Source of the DNA: Lama glama
Lineage: Eukaryota
Assembly (NCBI GenBank): GCA_028534125.1
Contig: CM052817.1
Span: forward strand, 92,816,001 to 92,880,000
Direction: 5' to 3'
Length of the DNA stretch: 64,000 nucleotides
Of this stretch, positions 1 to 13,789 are shown piece by piece; position 1 is the stretch's first letter; every line of letters starts with the position of its first letter. A program made the position numbers and the translations under genes. A model generated the notes under the pieces. It was not told the origin of the DNA. It searched no databases and was given only the letters and a program-made list of their open reading frames with translations.

Positions 1-688
1 GGCTCTTGGGAGTATGACCCAGGGCTCCTGAAGGGAAGGCTGGCTTCTAATAGCATCTGCCGTCTTGACTTCTCTTGGCAAGACAAACATTGGAAATAAA
101 ACTAAAAAAATGTAAACCTTAGGGAAACAACAGACCAATACCCGCTAGCAATGGTCAGTAAGACCAGGGACATGAACTAGAACCAGTGACTTAGAGCTAG
201 AAGGAGACTTGGAGTCACATAATCCAGTCTACAGATGAAGTCGTTTAGGTGAGAATCTCTCAGGACCTTTTGAACGCTCCCCTCCTCTTACAGCATTCCA
301 CAGTATGCCCACTGGAGTTAGGGTGAGGGAGAAACTTTCCTATCATGACTTCCAGATTTTCCCGCATTCATGCACGCATTCATCATGTGTTCACTCCACC
401 AAGACATGAGAAGCACTAGGCACCAGGTTTTCTTAAGTAGTTTGTATAAGAGATGAGTACATTGCAGTTCATAGTGACATGAAATCCATTATATGGAAGG
501 AAATGCTGATGTTATAAAAGTGCAACCAGCACAAAATCAGCAAAATAACAAAAACAATAACCACCCAATTCTCAAATTAAAAAACATTTTGAAGTAGTAA
601 TCTGAATTGTTACTGAAATTCTGATAGGTGTCAGAGAGGCAACTATACTATAAAACCCCCCATATGTTTAAAAATCCTCTTTTGACCT

Positions 689-1089
689 TGTAGTGGGTTG
701 AACAGTGGCTCCTAAAAAGATTGTCCAAGTCTTATCCCTTAGAACCTTAGAAACTTGGCTTGGAAAAGGTCTTTGCAGATATAATTAATGATCATCTTGA
801 TATGACAAATGTCCTTATGAGAGAAAGGCAGAGGCACAACTGGGACTCACAGTTATAGGGGAGGTCATGTGAAGACAGAGACCAGGATTGGAGCCAAGCC
901 AAAGAATGCCTGGAACTACCAGAAGCTGGAAGGGCAAGGAAGGCGTCTCCCCAAGAGCCTTCCAAGGGAACACGGCCCTGCTGACACTTTGATTTCAGAC
1001 TTCTGGCCTCCATAACTCAGAATACATTTCGGTTGTTTTAAGCCACCCAGTCGTGGTAATTTGTTATGACAGTTCTAGAAAACTAATAC
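689..1089 (+). mobile_element. MaLR solo LTR, MLT1B/C-like
   Basis: Starts TGTAGTGGGTTGAA. Contains the MLT1 motifs CTACCAGAAGCTGGAAG, GACTTCTGGCCTCC and TTTAAGCCACCCAG..GTGGTAATTTGTTA, and ends AACTAATAC. Family recognised from memory. Confidence 0.8.
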
Positions 1090-2676
1090 CATCTCTTTCT
1101 CTCCAAAGGCCCATTACTCATTACAACTATTTGTCACAAATCTCTTTTTCTTCTCAAAACTCCAGCCAGTCTGGGTCTCCTCACTTCTCGCCTTCTCCAT
1201 CCTAGTCGTCCAAATATGTTCTTTTCTCTAGTGGGTCTGTGCTCTCTATGAACTTAGTAAATATGTCAAATTTTCGATATCCTTCAAATTATTTTGCTTG
1301 ATCTACTTAATTCTCACGAAGGTATGCTAAAATCTTTAAGTGCAGATTTCTGAACGTTTTATACTGAGTCCACTGGATTTTCTTTATTTAGAATCTATAG
1401 TGTTGGTACAGCACAAATTCATGATTGTTATGTCTTCTTAGTGAATTGTTCCTATTAGTAATAAATAGTATTTCTCTTTATCTCTATCGATGCTTTTGCC
1501 TTAATTTTTATTTTATTCAATGTTATTATCATTGTTAAGGTCAGCTTGCTTTTAGCTAGTAGAGGGATGTGTGTGCATGTACACACACAAAAGCAGTGTC
1601 TTGGCATTAAATTAATTGGACTACAGATGAGCTATATACAAATATACCTACCAGCTTAGTAAGGTATACTTCCCAGTTTAGTAAGTAAAGGTAGATACTT
1701 AAACGAACCACTAGATCAGATGTGCACAGTGTATAGTATGTAGTTAATGTCAGCATACTCCTTTTGATGTCCCCACTGAAACACAGAGTAACTCCTGCAG
1801 GTACTGAAGAGAGATACCTAGAGCAGGTGGTCACAGCTGACACTGTTCTCTGTCTTCGAGTGCAGAAATAAACCACCACTGTGTATTTGAAATAAAACAG
1901 CCACCACCTTTGCTACAATAGCACTAAGCCAACATCCCAACTAAACAGGTCATGACTAAGGAGTTTGTGCTTTGGAAACCTTTACTCTCTTTTCTCTATA
2001 TTGCATATTTTTTTCTACTGCCTCTTTTTTTTTTTACCTCTACCTCTCCCTCTCCCTATTTTCCTACTCCCTCCTTCATCCTATTCTGAGAGGTTAATTA
2101 TCTCTTTCTACCTTAAAAATTGATTTCTTCCTTCCAACTCTCTTTCTCTTTTTCCCCATCCCTTTTAACTTTCAACACTATGAAATTACATCTGCTTTGA
2201 AATACTAGTGGGACAGGAGCTAATAAATGCTGCGTTAGAGTCTCTGCTCTTAATTTAAAAGTCAGCCAAGCTTTTCTGTGTTTCTTTAAAGAAAAAAAGA
2301 GAGACGCACACAATGCACTATTTTTCCTTCCACATGTCCCTTGCTTATTAATTTCTTATTGTGGGTCAGTGACCCCCCACCTCCCACCTTGAGAGAAAAG
2401 TTCCTCATCTAACACTCATTAGCTTGGACTACAAGAATGTCTCTGTAATGATGGCAGTTAGATCTTTAACGACAACTGCTTCACAGACGTATTTTTTTTA
2501 ATCAACAGGAAAATGGAGATGCCTACAGGGTTAATTCTGAATTCCTCAGGCTGGTATCCAAAGCTCCCCACAGTGAATCCCGGCAGTGGTGTGCAGCGCC
2601 CTTCCCAGAGGGGAACAGCATGGTTTAATGGAAGGAGGGTGGGTTCCAAGGTCCTTAGGAACATGTCAGCATATCA

Positions 2677-2835
2677 GCTTTGCCACTTACTAACTGGGAA
2701 ACTGTGGGCAAATTATTTAAACTTTCTGAGCCTCCATTTACTCATATATAAACTGGGACATCAAAAACCACTTTTCAGGGGCTTGCAAGGATCGATATGT
2801 TAATGTCTGTAAAGCAGCTGACTCACAGTAGGCTT
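2677..2835 (+). mobile_element. MIR SINE fragment
   Basis: GCCACTTACTAACTG..GGGCAAATTATTTAAACTTTCTGAGCCTC..CTCATATATAAACTGGG matches the MIR core. Confidence 0.7.
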
Positions 2836-3761
2836 TCACAGCCTATAAGCTGTCCTGCCATCTGTCCCACGAGCATATACCCTGTGTCCTGAAAGTCATC
2901 TGAGCACTCCTGATTTCTGCCTCTCCTTCCCTGGAAGGAAAAAGGAGGAACCAACAAAACCATCATGTTATCAGAATGATCACAATTTAGGGAGGCTTAA
3001 CGCCAACCTGACAGAGAAACTCTGCTGGAATCTGAACTGTGTGTCTAGTTCATGTTAGAATGGTAGTCTGACAACTTAAAGGAACATTCTTTCCTGTCTA
3101 TGATGACTGATAAAACCTTGGGAGAAATTTGCTTGGGAAGAGCTGCATGAAAAAAAAAAAGTGAAAGAACCTCTGGAAACAAGCATTCTGATTTTGTATC
3201 TACATGTTTGTTCTTGTTTGGTTTGGTTTGTGACTTTGGTGTCAGGGTAACGTTGGCCTTGTAACATGAATTAAGTATTCCCCCCTCTTCAATTTTTGGA
3301 AGAGTTTGAGAAGTATAGGTATTAAATGTTCTTGAGACTGTCTGCTAGAATTCACCTGTGAAGCCATCTGGTCCTGGTCTTCTGTGTTTTGGGAGGTGTC
3401 TGACTACTGTTTCAATCTCTTTACTAGTGCTCAGTCTATCAATATTTTCTTATTTCTTCATGATCAGTCTTGGAAAGTTACATAATTCTAAGAATTTGTT
3501 TGTTTCTTCTAGGCTGTCCAATTTGTTGAGGTATAGCTGTTCAAAATGTTCTTACAATCCTTTGCATTTCCATGGTATCCATTGTTCTTTCTCCTCTTTC
3601 CGTTCTGATTTATCAGAGCCTTCTCTTTTTAATTAGTGAGTCCAGCTAAAGGTTTGTCAGTTTTGTGTATGTTTTCAAAGAGCCATCTCTTCATTTCATT
3701 GATATTTTCTATTGTCTTTTTAGTTTCTTATTTCATTTATTTCTGCTCTGATTTTTTAATA

Positions 3762-5032
3762 TAGCTGACCTTTGAACAGCATGAGGATAGGGGTGCTGAC
3801 CCCTCATGCAGTTGAAAATCCATGTATAAATTTTGACTTCCTCTAAGATTTACTGATGGCCTACTGTTGACTGGAAGCCTAACTGGTAATATAAACACTC
3901 AGAACTGCCCTCATATCCTGCCTCTTGGTCTGCGGAAGCTGCTTCCCCTGTTTTCTTGACATTTTTTAAGCCAGACCTCTTTCTAAAATTATCAAACCAT
4001 CCTTTGTTGGCGTTGAATTCTCCAGCTCTAGGTCCTTCATCTTCCTCTTGCTTCCTCTCGCCTCGAGTCATAAAATGACTTTGCTTCTTTTTGAATCACA
4101 TTAGAGTCTAAACGTGTACCTTTCTACCTATATTCCCATTGTATGACAATCCTACACTCCCATAGAAGCTGCATTTTCAACAGGAGATGGGAAGGTATTT
4201 TGCAAAAAGTACAAGGTTTTCACTCCTTCCAGCATAGCTGTAGCAATGGCTGCACAAGTTTTCTTTTATTTCTAATTTTTTAAAAATAATGATCCTTACA
4301 CTGGATTCATTTATCTTGAAATAAAAAGCAACTGCAGCTGCAGACCTCAACCTATGGTACATATCAAATGAGTCAACCTTTTCTTGTTACGTCATGGCTT
4401 TTTTCTGCTGGGAGCACTTATGGCATCGCTAGGGTGGCACTTCATATGGGTCCCCTGGTAATATTAAGGTTTACAGTATTGCACTAAACATGAAAAATAC
4501 ACAATATCCACAAGAGATCACTTTTTACTATGATATGCAATTTACCGGAGAGACAACTGCTCACACAGAGATGAGTGTCACATTAAGTGGATATGTGCAA
4601 TACTTGAGCTCACCACAATAGAAAAAGGACATGGCTACAAAATTATTACAGTAGTGCAGTATGTACTAGTTAATTGTATGCATTTAAGATTTACTGGTGC
4701 ATCTTTATGTTTGTTTACATTTCTCTCAACTGTGAGTGGTGTCATATATGATCTGTAAGTGTATGTGTATAGGTTTTGATCAATTTTAGCTTTTTATAGT
4801 AGATTTGTATACATTTTATGGTAGTAAGTGATACAGACTAGTATCTATATATATTTTATGCATTCATGATATACCTGTTTCATTTTTTTTTATATTTCTA
4901 GGCTATGCAGTTCATCTGTGAGTTTTTCAAATTGTCACAAATCTCCAAAATTTTCCCAATGTATTTATTGAAAAAAATTTGCATGTAAGTGAATCCATGC
5001 AATTCAAACCAATGTTGTTCAAAGGTCAACTG
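3762..5032 (-). mobile_element. Internally deleted Tigger2 (pogo/TcMar) DNA transposon with transposase remnants
   Basis: TIRs TAGCTGACCTTTGAACAGC (3762) and GTTGTTCAAAGGTCAACTG (to 5032), flanked by TA and TG. Minus-strand peptides MYHRLRSAAAVAFYFKINESSVR (ORF 4177..4362) and EFNANKGWFDNFRKRSGLKNVKKTGEAASAD (ORF 3850..4071) resemble pogo/CENP-B-type DNA-binding domains. Confidence 0.9.
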
Positions 5033-5680
5033 TGTTTCCTTCCTTCTACTGATCTGGGGCTTCATTTGTTGTTCTAGTTCCTTTAGATTATTTGAAAATG
5101 TTCTTGTTTCTTGAAGTAGGCTTGTGTTGTGCTAAAAACATCCCTCAGAGTACCCCTTTTGCTGCATTTGATATCACAGATTTTGGCACGTCGTGTTTTC
5201 ATTTTCATTTGTCTTCAGGTATTTTTTTTGGTTTATCCTTTGATTTCTTCCTTGACCCAACAGTTGCTCAGTAGCATGTAGTTCAGTCTCCACACAATTT
5301 TCTAGCTTTCTTCTTGTAGCTGACTTCTAGTTTCACACCATTATGAACAGAAAAGATGCCTGACATGATTTCAATCTTCTTAAATTTATTGAGACTTGTT
5401 TTATGTCCCAACATATGGTCTATCCTTGAGAATGTTCATGTGTACTTGAGAAGAATGTGCATTCTGCTAAATTTGGTTGGAATGTTCTGTTTAAATTGAT
5501 CAGCTCCATCTGGTCTAATGTTTCATTTAAGGCTGCTGTTCCCATGTTGAGTTTCTGTCTGGAAGATCTATCCATCAATGCAAGTGAGGTATTATTGTGT
5601 TTGTGGTGGTGTCAATTTCTCCCTTTAGGTCTATTAATAATTGCTTTGTATGTTTTGGTACTCTTATGCTAGGTATATAC

Positions 5681-5708
5681 GTGTGTGTGTGTGCGTGTGT
5701 GTGTGTGT
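5681..5708. repeat. (TG)n microsatellite
   Basis: GTGTGTGTGTGTGCGTGTGTGTGTGTGT visible directly. Confidence 0.95.
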
Positions 5709-7269
5709 ATAAACATGTTTTGTTGTGAACTATCATCTCTATCATTATGCAATGTACATATTTGTCTCATCTTACCTTTTCTGGCTTGAGGTCTGTTTTG
5801 TCTTATATGAGTAAAGCTACAACTGCTTTTTTCGGGGAGGGGGGCTGTCATTTGCTTGGAGTGTCAGCTTCCATTCCTTCACTTTGAGTCTATGTTTGTC
5901 TTTAGAGACGAGGTGAGTCTCTTGGAAGCAGCATACAGTTGAGCCTTGTGTTTTAATCCACCCAGCCACTCTTTTTTGATTGGTGAATGCAGTCCATTCA
6001 CATTTAGGGTGACTGATAAATGAGGACTTAGTACTGCCATTTTATTTTTCGTTTTCTGTTTGCTCTACATTTCCATTTTTTCTTCTTCCTGTGTTTCTGT
6101 CTGCCATTTTAGTTTGGTGGTTTTCTATTACATTTCTCTCAATTTCCTCTTTTTTATGTTTTGTGTCTCTGCTTTAGATTTATGTTTCGTGGTTACCATG
6201 AGGTTTGTACAAAATGTCTCAGATAAAACAATGCTTTTTATGCTGACAGCATCTTAATTTATCTATACAGGTTCCACCTTTTTCCTTTTCCCTTTTTGTA
6301 TTTCTGCTGTCTCAAATTACCCCTTTTTAATAGTGTGAGTCTGTAACCAAACTGAAGCAGCTATAGTTATTTTTTACTGCTTTTTTCCCCTTTAACTTTT
6401 ATGCTATGCTGTTTTTAAAAGCCTATTCTGATACAGTGTTATAATTTTATGATTCTGTATATTTATCACTTTAATCAGTTTTGTGTACTTTCGTCTTTTT
6501 GTTTCTAGTAGAAGAACTCCTTCCAATATTTCTTGTAAGGCAGGTCCAATGTTGATGAACTCCCTCAGCTACTGTTTGGAAAAGAAAAGGCACTGAATTT
6601 TAACTAGTTGATGTAATTAAATAAAATGTAATGGGATGCATGAGAAAAAATTACTCCTATATTTATTGACCCACAAAACCAGTCACATAAGACTAGAGCA
6701 GAGAATCTTGTCTACTGGCACACACAGAAAGCAATTTCAGAGGCTCGTGACTCCAGCACAAGACAATAATAATGCAGCAGCCCAAAGAGCCAAAGTGCCT
6801 TTCAGTTTCAGACAGAAACGTAACACCTGGATGCTGGGCTCATACCCTCAGATGGCTACAGGGTCTGGAGGTCATGAAGGGACAGTGACCTAGGAACACA
6901 TGCCTTGTCTTTAGACAGAGCCACTGCTTTGCCACTAGCAATGGCTGCTTTTTTGGAATGAGAGCCCAGGGTTACCAGAGTTCCTGATTTTTCAGAGAAG
7001 GTGGAAAGGGGGATTTCTATGTGATATCTTCCTTTTTTCTAAACACTGGTTATTAATTTTAAATTTTAAAATAAAACTGCATATGCCGAAGACCCATACT
7101 CTCAGGGCAGGCCTGATGGTTGCCTGTCCTCAGGCAACCTTTTCAGATGGCAGGAGAGGACAGCCCCACTCTGACCGATTTAGGTGAGTCCACACCTGGA
7201 ACAGTGTGTTTTCCCGGGCACTAACCTTAAGGAGGAACAGCAAGAGGGAACAGTGGTAAATCGGTGAGT

Positions 7270-7450
7270 GAGGTCTGGCTTCTGGAGCCAGTGAGACCAG
7301 GGATAGCGTCCCAGCTGCACCTCTTACTAGGAATGTATCCTGAAGCAACTTCTTGGCGTCTGCAGGTCCAGTTTCTTCATCTGTAAAATGAGGGATAATC
7401 ATAACACCTACCCCGTTAGGATGGACATGCCGACTAAACGAGCTAATGTG
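7270..7450 (+). mobile_element. MIR SINE
   Basis: GGCTTCTGGAGCCAG...CAGTTTCTTCATCTGTAAAATGAGGGATAATCATAACACCTACC. Confidence 0.85.
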
Positions 7451-9229
7451 TTCCAGGAGCTACGCCCATGCATCACGCACTTTGAGCTAAACAGGCAGTG
7501 AGAAAACAGGAAAATATTTGTTACAAGGAAATGTGGGAACTCGAGTTTTCCCCTCAGATCAAACGGCAAAACAGTATTTGTCATCAAACGTTTGACTATG
7601 TAGGGGTGGCTTTGCCAGCCTTACTTACGACGTCCAAGGGCAGGACTGGAAAGAAATAATGGGTGAAAGTTAGAAAGAGGTATATTTAGATCCAGTCAAA
7701 GAAACAATCAAAAGTTAACTAGACTCTGCTGTCTCCAAAGACAGCATGGTAGTTTCTTCTGGTGGAGGAAATTAAACCTAAATCAGACAGCCGCTAGGCA
7801 GATACAGCAGGAGGGAGTTCAAATACTGAACTGGGCAGGGTGTAGGAATAAGATAAACTAGATGACCTTCAGATCCCTTCCAACCCCAAGACTTCTGTGA
7901 TGTGCTTACACTGCAGCAAATACATCCAGTTTCTCTGACGTCCTTTACAAGAGACCCACTCATGTATGTGGAAGAAGTTATCAACAGACAAAGGAACTAC
8001 AAGCACAAGCCAATAATTCAGATGCCAGAAAGGAATCACCGCCAAGGGTTCCACTGATTATGCCAACACACAAACATACACATACAGGACCCAAGGCCCA
8101 CACACCTGATCTCCACAGGTATACTGACTTATGTCAAGGGTACTGTGATCACAGAAGCCCCTAGATCTAATATTTCACTATGGTTGGCATCAAGGAAATG
8201 GGAGATAAATGTGGCATCTTAAGGAAATTGGGATTCATTACTTTTTCTCTTTAAAGCCCTTGATATCAAGTGCCTGAAGTGTTTATTCTTAGCATCATTA
8301 AAAATAATGCCATACATTGATGGATATTCGATTTATTACATTCAAAGATACATTAGCTTATTCTTTTTCTTATAATACATCACGTGGCAGGTCAAGCAGA
8401 GATTTCCATTCTACAGACCAGAAAACTGGGCTCCGGGGTTGGGGGGTAAAGTGAGTGAGCAGGAATGCAGAGTCTTCTAACTCCAAATCACATCTTCTTC
8501 CCATTATCGCACACTGCCTTGTTAAAGGCCTCAGCATTTTTCTTTTTGAGAAGAGCATAAGCATACGTAGTACACGTAAGGAGAAAAGGTCTGGTTTACC
8601 TACTCCTGTACTACGTGAGTAAAGAAAGTAATTCCAGTAAAAAAACACCTAAATATATTGGATGAAACATTCAAAACATCTCTTGAAAAGAAATGAGCTG
8701 GAGGACGAGGCCAGAAGCAGAAAGAAGGGAGGATTCCACACAGGTAAGCCGGCACTGAGGGCTGCCATTTTCTACTTTCGGTGGCCTTGAACCAGGGTTC
8801 AGGAACCACACCTGTAGGGGAAAAAAAACAAACCTTGGGGCCCAGGAGGATGGGAGGACTGAAAGGGAGACTCCTGTGTAAAGCTGGAACCCCTCAAGGG
8901 CAGCCCTGAAATGGATGAACCAGAAAAAAAAAAGAAAGAGGGAAAAAAAAAAAAAAACCAAACCCTGCCTGGTAGGAGAATCTTCTGTTAAAGCCTTGGA
9001 TCTGAGTGTGATAAAGAAAAAAAAAATCTCCCTTGGGTTATTTCTCACCCTAAACACACATTTACACAGTTAGGACCGGAATTCACCCTCCTGGGTGACC
9101 AGTAAAACCTTACCCTCCAAATTGTTTTAAAGCAACCTTGGGTTAGTACACTGAGGTTTTTGGCAGAAGCAAACCCACAGTCTCCCAGAAGGAGAACTCT
9201 ATAAACACATGCCTCACAAAAAACCCTCT

Positions 9230-10330
9230 CATGGCAAAAGCTCTAAGGAACATAAACTCACAGTCAAATTCACTAAACACATGAAACACATAAGCCTCCA
9301 GGACTCGGGCTCAGAAAAAAACAAAGTACAGAAGCAGACGTGCAAAGCCAGCAGATATTAACAGCATATAAAATGAATGGGTTTATTATTTTTAAGACAA
9401 GAAAGAAGAGACTGAAAAGATGATGAAAGATCAAGAGACTGTCAAAACTGACTAAACAGATTTGAACAGAAACAGAACGCAAACTTGCAGAAATGAAAAC
9501 TGTAACTCAAAATCCATGCAAAAGATTACAGACACAGCTAAAAAGGCAGTGGGGTAGGAGACAAGAGCTGAAATACGACACAGAATGCAGAGAAGACAAC
9601 ATGTAAAAAGAGGTTCAGAGATACACAAGATAAAGTAAAAATACTTAACATTTGCTGACTTGGAAGATCAGAAGCACATGGAGAGATGCACGGAGAGGCA
9701 ATATTCTAACATCATAACTAAGGACTTCCTAGATAACAAGCTCCAGGCCCATGAAACTGCAGAGCAAGTGATACACAGGGAAGATGCTGAGAGGAGCCAG
9801 AGAGAAAAGGCACACTACAGAGCAGTGATGCATAACTACACGCTAACTTCTCCGCAGCAATGATGGAAGCTGAAAGACAATAGAATATTAACTTCTAAAT
9901 GCCAGGAGAAAGTAACTGTCAATACAGACTATGACCAGAGGCTGGGAAACTTTCTATAATGTGCCAAGTCATAAATACTTTAGGTTTTGCAGGCCATCTG
10001 TCACAGATTACTTTTTGCTGTTGTTCTGTTCTTTATTACCACTTGAAAAATGTAAGAACTATGCCTAGCATGGGACTGTGCAAAAACAGACCTCATTTCA
10101 GACTTGGCCCAAGTGGCCCCAGTTTGCCAGCCCTGAGAAGAGACAAAGTTTTCTATGAGGAAGGACATAAAGACATTATGATAAATGTATACATTAACTG
10201 TAATAAAGACATTGCTCAGAGACTCTCATTAAGGAAACTTTAAAATGATGTACCTTAGGAAGATGCAAAATGATACCAAAAAGTCTGTGATGCAAGAAGC
10301 AGCAATGAGTCAAGCATTGGTAAAAATCTG
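9230..10330 (+). mobile_element. Ancient L1 ORF1-region / HAL1-like fossil
   Basis: A-rich degenerate tract with ORF1-like ACTTCTCCGCAGCAATGATGGAAGCTGAAAGACAATAGAAT. Boundaries approximate. Confidence 0.55.
9936..10135 (+). mobile_element. MER58A-like hAT-Charlie MITE nested in the L1/HAL1 fossil
   Basis: Ends CAGAGGCTGGGAAACT and AGTTTGCCAGCCCTG are inverted. Internal AAATACTTTAGGTTTTGCAGGCCAT is typical of MER58. Confidence 0.8.
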
Positions 10331-10909
10331 TGAAAATCCAACTAAACATTATGCATATTTTTATTAGATAGTGTGTGCAGCAAAAAGTACATAGAATTAA
10401 ATCCTAGAGGATGGGCTTCTGCTTCTGCATATGATTTAGATTGCTGAGAAGAGTGCTATTCTTGCTTAATGAGGAAGAAAAAACAAACAACTAGGAAAAA
10501 ACTACAGAACTGTTAACTTTTCTTGACCCTATCCGAGGGCTGAGGGCACAGGGAACCCGAGGACAATGAATTCCAAGGAGGGAGGAGAGGAAGTGTAGAC
10601 AGGCTGACCTGATAGGGCACCGCATCGCAGGGTAAGAAGACATCACCTACCATTTTAAGAAATTGATGTGAGCCATATAGAAGCCAGGATAACATGCCAG
10701 CCTGGAACAGCTGGGAGCCCCAAACACAGAGGGGTCTGCAGTCAGTAGTAGCTCTCCCGGGGAGGACCAGGGACAGGGAAGGGGGCCAGAGAGGCCCTGC
10801 CTGAGTACAGGCTTGGAAGGAGGGAGAAGCTGCTTCTCCCAGGGAGGCACAAAACCCACTCCTCACCCAGACCCTTCTGTCATATGGAGCGACCTTAATT
10901 AAAAAGAAA

Positions 10910-11440
10910 AGAGAAGAGATCTAAATGTCTATCAACAGAGGAAATGATAAAAATGGATAAATAAACCATGGCACATTCGTACAATGGAATATCCTCCACG
11001 CCTGCAAATGGATGAATCCCAAAAACATAACGGTAAGGGAAAAACCAGACACAAAATGATTTTACGTATGCAAAATTAATCTATTTTATACAGCTGTATA
11101 AAACTTGTATGTAAAGTTTACCTATATTAAAGGTGACATATACATACACAGTTTTATATAGCGTGCAAAACAAGCAAAAGAAAGACGTGTGTGTATCTTT
11201 AGGGGTGCGCAAACAGCAAAGTAAGGGGACGATTTAAGAACTTCAGGATAGTGGCTGCCTCTGGGCCACTGTCCTGAATCTATCATGGAGGGGCGCCCAG
11301 AGACTATTCAAGTGCTATTTATGAATAATCTGGTTAGTACCCTGATTGCTGGGAATGTTTTATTTGCAGTTGTCATTATTCTTTAACTTCACATATATGT
11401 TACATGCACCCTGATGCCTACATGATACAGTCTGTAATTA
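10910..11440 (+). mobile_element. Old L1 (L1ME-like) 3' end
   Basis: CTAAATGTCTATCAACAG..AATGGATAAATAAACCATGGCACATTCGTACAATGGAATA. Confidence 0.65.
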
Positions 11441-12166
11441 AAGTGGAAGTTCTGGGCAGATGTGCATGTAACAGTTAACAGCAGTTCTCGCCGTGATGGG
11501 GAGGGTGGAGGAGAGAGTTAATGGTCATGTTGACTTCTTGCTCAGTGTGCTACTGTTTCTGGATTTGTTTGGGGTTTCTCGGTAACATAAGGGGTAGTGT
11601 GCATTTATAGTTATTTTTTTAAAACACTAAAGATAATTTTTAGCTACTAAAACAATGAATTATGTTCATTTTCAGAAGATTTCTTTCTGTTTCATTGTAA
11701 AACGACCTCAAAAGGATGAACATGAGGTTTATACAACTTTCACATTTCTAAGCTGCAAAAAGACACGTAATCATTAAAAGAAATAAAGATATCATATTTA
11801 ACGATAATTTAAAGTCTTCTTTGCCATATTCGTTTGCTTTAGAAAAGATGGTAATTAAGTTAAGTGGTCAAATAACCTTTTTCATTTTATTCTGGACCAG
11901 GTAACACGGTGATTTACAAGACTGCATATTCCTTTACACAGACAAGAGATCCTCGAGTCCTGATTAGCCAAGTGGAGAGGATACTCTGAATGCTTGGCTG
12001 AAATTCCAAGAAACTTCAAGAGTCAGTGCTTTGTTTCTCTTATCCCTAAGAAACTTCAAAATTCCTTTGTTTGATTCACAACGGCCAGTAACCAGAGTGA
12101 GAAGATCTTTATGTGGGAGTTAGCACATTCTAATGCTCTTTCTAGACCTAAAAATCTTTGAGGCTT

Positions 12167-12297
12167 CTTTTCTTTTATTTTTTTTTTGCATTTTTTATTG
12201 ATTTATAATCATTTTACAATGTTGTGTCAAATTCCAGTGTTCAGCACAATTTTTTCAGTCATTCATGGACATATACACACTCATTGTCACATTTTTT
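12167..12297 (-). mobile_element. Young lineage-specific L1 3' end running into an assembly gap
   Basis: Poly-T then TTTATTGATTTATAATCATTTTACAATGTTGTGTCAAATTCCAG, the near-exact reverse complement of the L1 end at about 38500-38550. Confidence 0.85.
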
Positions 12298-12797
12298 NNN
12301 NNNNNNNNNNNNNNNNNNNNNNNNNNNNNNNNNNNNNNNNNNNNNNNNNNNNNNNNNNNNNNNNNNNNNNNNNNNNNNNNNNNNNNNNNNNNNNNNNNNN
12401 NNNNNNNNNNNNNNNNNNNNNNNNNNNNNNNNNNNNNNNNNNNNNNNNNNNNNNNNNNNNNNNNNNNNNNNNNNNNNNNNNNNNNNNNNNNNNNNNNNNN
12501 NNNNNNNNNNNNNNNNNNNNNNNNNNNNNNNNNNNNNNNNNNNNNNNNNNNNNNNNNNNNNNNNNNNNNNNNNNNNNNNNNNNNNNNNNNNNNNNNNNNN
12601 NNNNNNNNNNNNNNNNNNNNNNNNNNNNNNNNNNNNNNNNNNNNNNNNNNNNNNNNNNNNNNNNNNNNNNNNNNNNNNNNNNNNNNNNNNNNNNNNNNNN
12701 NNNNNNNNNNNNNNNNNNNNNNNNNNNNNNNNNNNNNNNNNNNNNNNNNNNNNNNNNNNNNNNNNNNNNNNNNNNNNNNNNNNNNNNNNNNNNNNNN
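12298..12797. other. Assembly gap (500 N)
   Basis: Run of N. Confidence 1.
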
Positions 12798-13349
12798 GCC
12801 CACTGAGGGCTAACACATCATTTAGGTGTGTGCTCCTGCACCCTGAGACTGGTATATGCTGGCCTGTTTTTTTAATCAGTGTGGGCAGGCCTAACCATCT
12901 TTCCAGCTGCCTTGGCCCTGCCTTGGTTCTCACCTTTTTGTAGACTCTCTTGCCTCCACCTGCTCCTACATCCCATCCCCAGATCCCTATGAACCAGACA
13001 AGCACCAGTTGGGCTGTTTCCTTCTTTTCTAGACAAGATTTCTGTGACTCCATAATTGCTTTTTCTCCTGGGGAAGCAGTGATTTAAATCCTAAATGCTT
13101 GATTCTTGGTTTCCTGAAGGATTTAGAAAATACTAGCTGTCTTCAAGCCTATTGCCTTACTGCAAAAACTCTTATTTTGAATGTGAGAAAATGAAAGTGA
13201 ATTCCTTAGTTCTCTCTCCGTTTCTAATGTAATAACCTTAATGTCTTCTCCCTACTCCCAGCAGGCATTTGGATGCCCGCGGCCAGCTAGAGAGAAAGTC
13301 ATGTACACAGAAACACAAGAGAGGAAAACACATTAATAATTTTCAGGCT

Positions 13350-13660
13350 AATTACTTGAGTACCCAGAGTGTTCGATAGTGAGTAAAACTGAGCCATCTT
13401 GGCTTCATGGAGGTTACAGCCTGGTAAGAGAAACAGATAAGATACAAATACGCATATAATGCTAGTTCATGGTTAATACTTTGAAGGAAAACAGCTGGTA
13501 GAGAAAGTGACTGGTAGACAGTGCTAGGAAATGTAGGTTAGATGGGGCATTAGGGAAGTCCCCTCTGAGAAAGTGACACAGACCTGAGGATGAACAGATG
13601 TAGGTCAGGTAAAGCACAGGGGAAAGAGTGTTCCAGGCAGAAGGAGCAACCTATGAGATG
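13350..13660 (-). mobile_element. L2 LINE fragment
   Basis: Degenerate antisense L2 motifs (CTTCATGGAGGTTACAGCCTGG, GAGTGTTCCAGGCAGAAGGAGCAAC). Confidence 0.6.
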
Positions 13661-13789
13661 GTCTAAGTTGAGAGGGTTGAGAAAGGCTGGCAGGGGCTTC
13701 CTTCCCATTCCACTCAGGACCAGAAGCCAACGTCCTCCTCTCACCCGTGATTCCCCGTGACCTTTCTGACCTAATGCTATGGTGTCCTT

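Larger units (their letters stand above)
3230..6580 (-). mobile_element. Old LINE-1 (L1M) ORF2 fossil, interrupted by Tigger2
   Basis: Long T-rich antisense L1 ORF2-like tract (e.g. AGAATTCACCTGTGAAGCCATCTGGTCCTGG, ATATGGTCTATCCTTGAGAATGTTC). No intact ORF. Confidence 0.85.

Noticed and set aside
3850..4362. Domesticated transposase gene (TIGD/CENPB-like)
   Set aside because: Broken into several frames, lacks the catalytic domain, and is bounded by TIRs within an L1.
12186..13053. Long ORFs containing X runs (also 48224-49141)
   Set aside because: Artefacts of translating N gaps.
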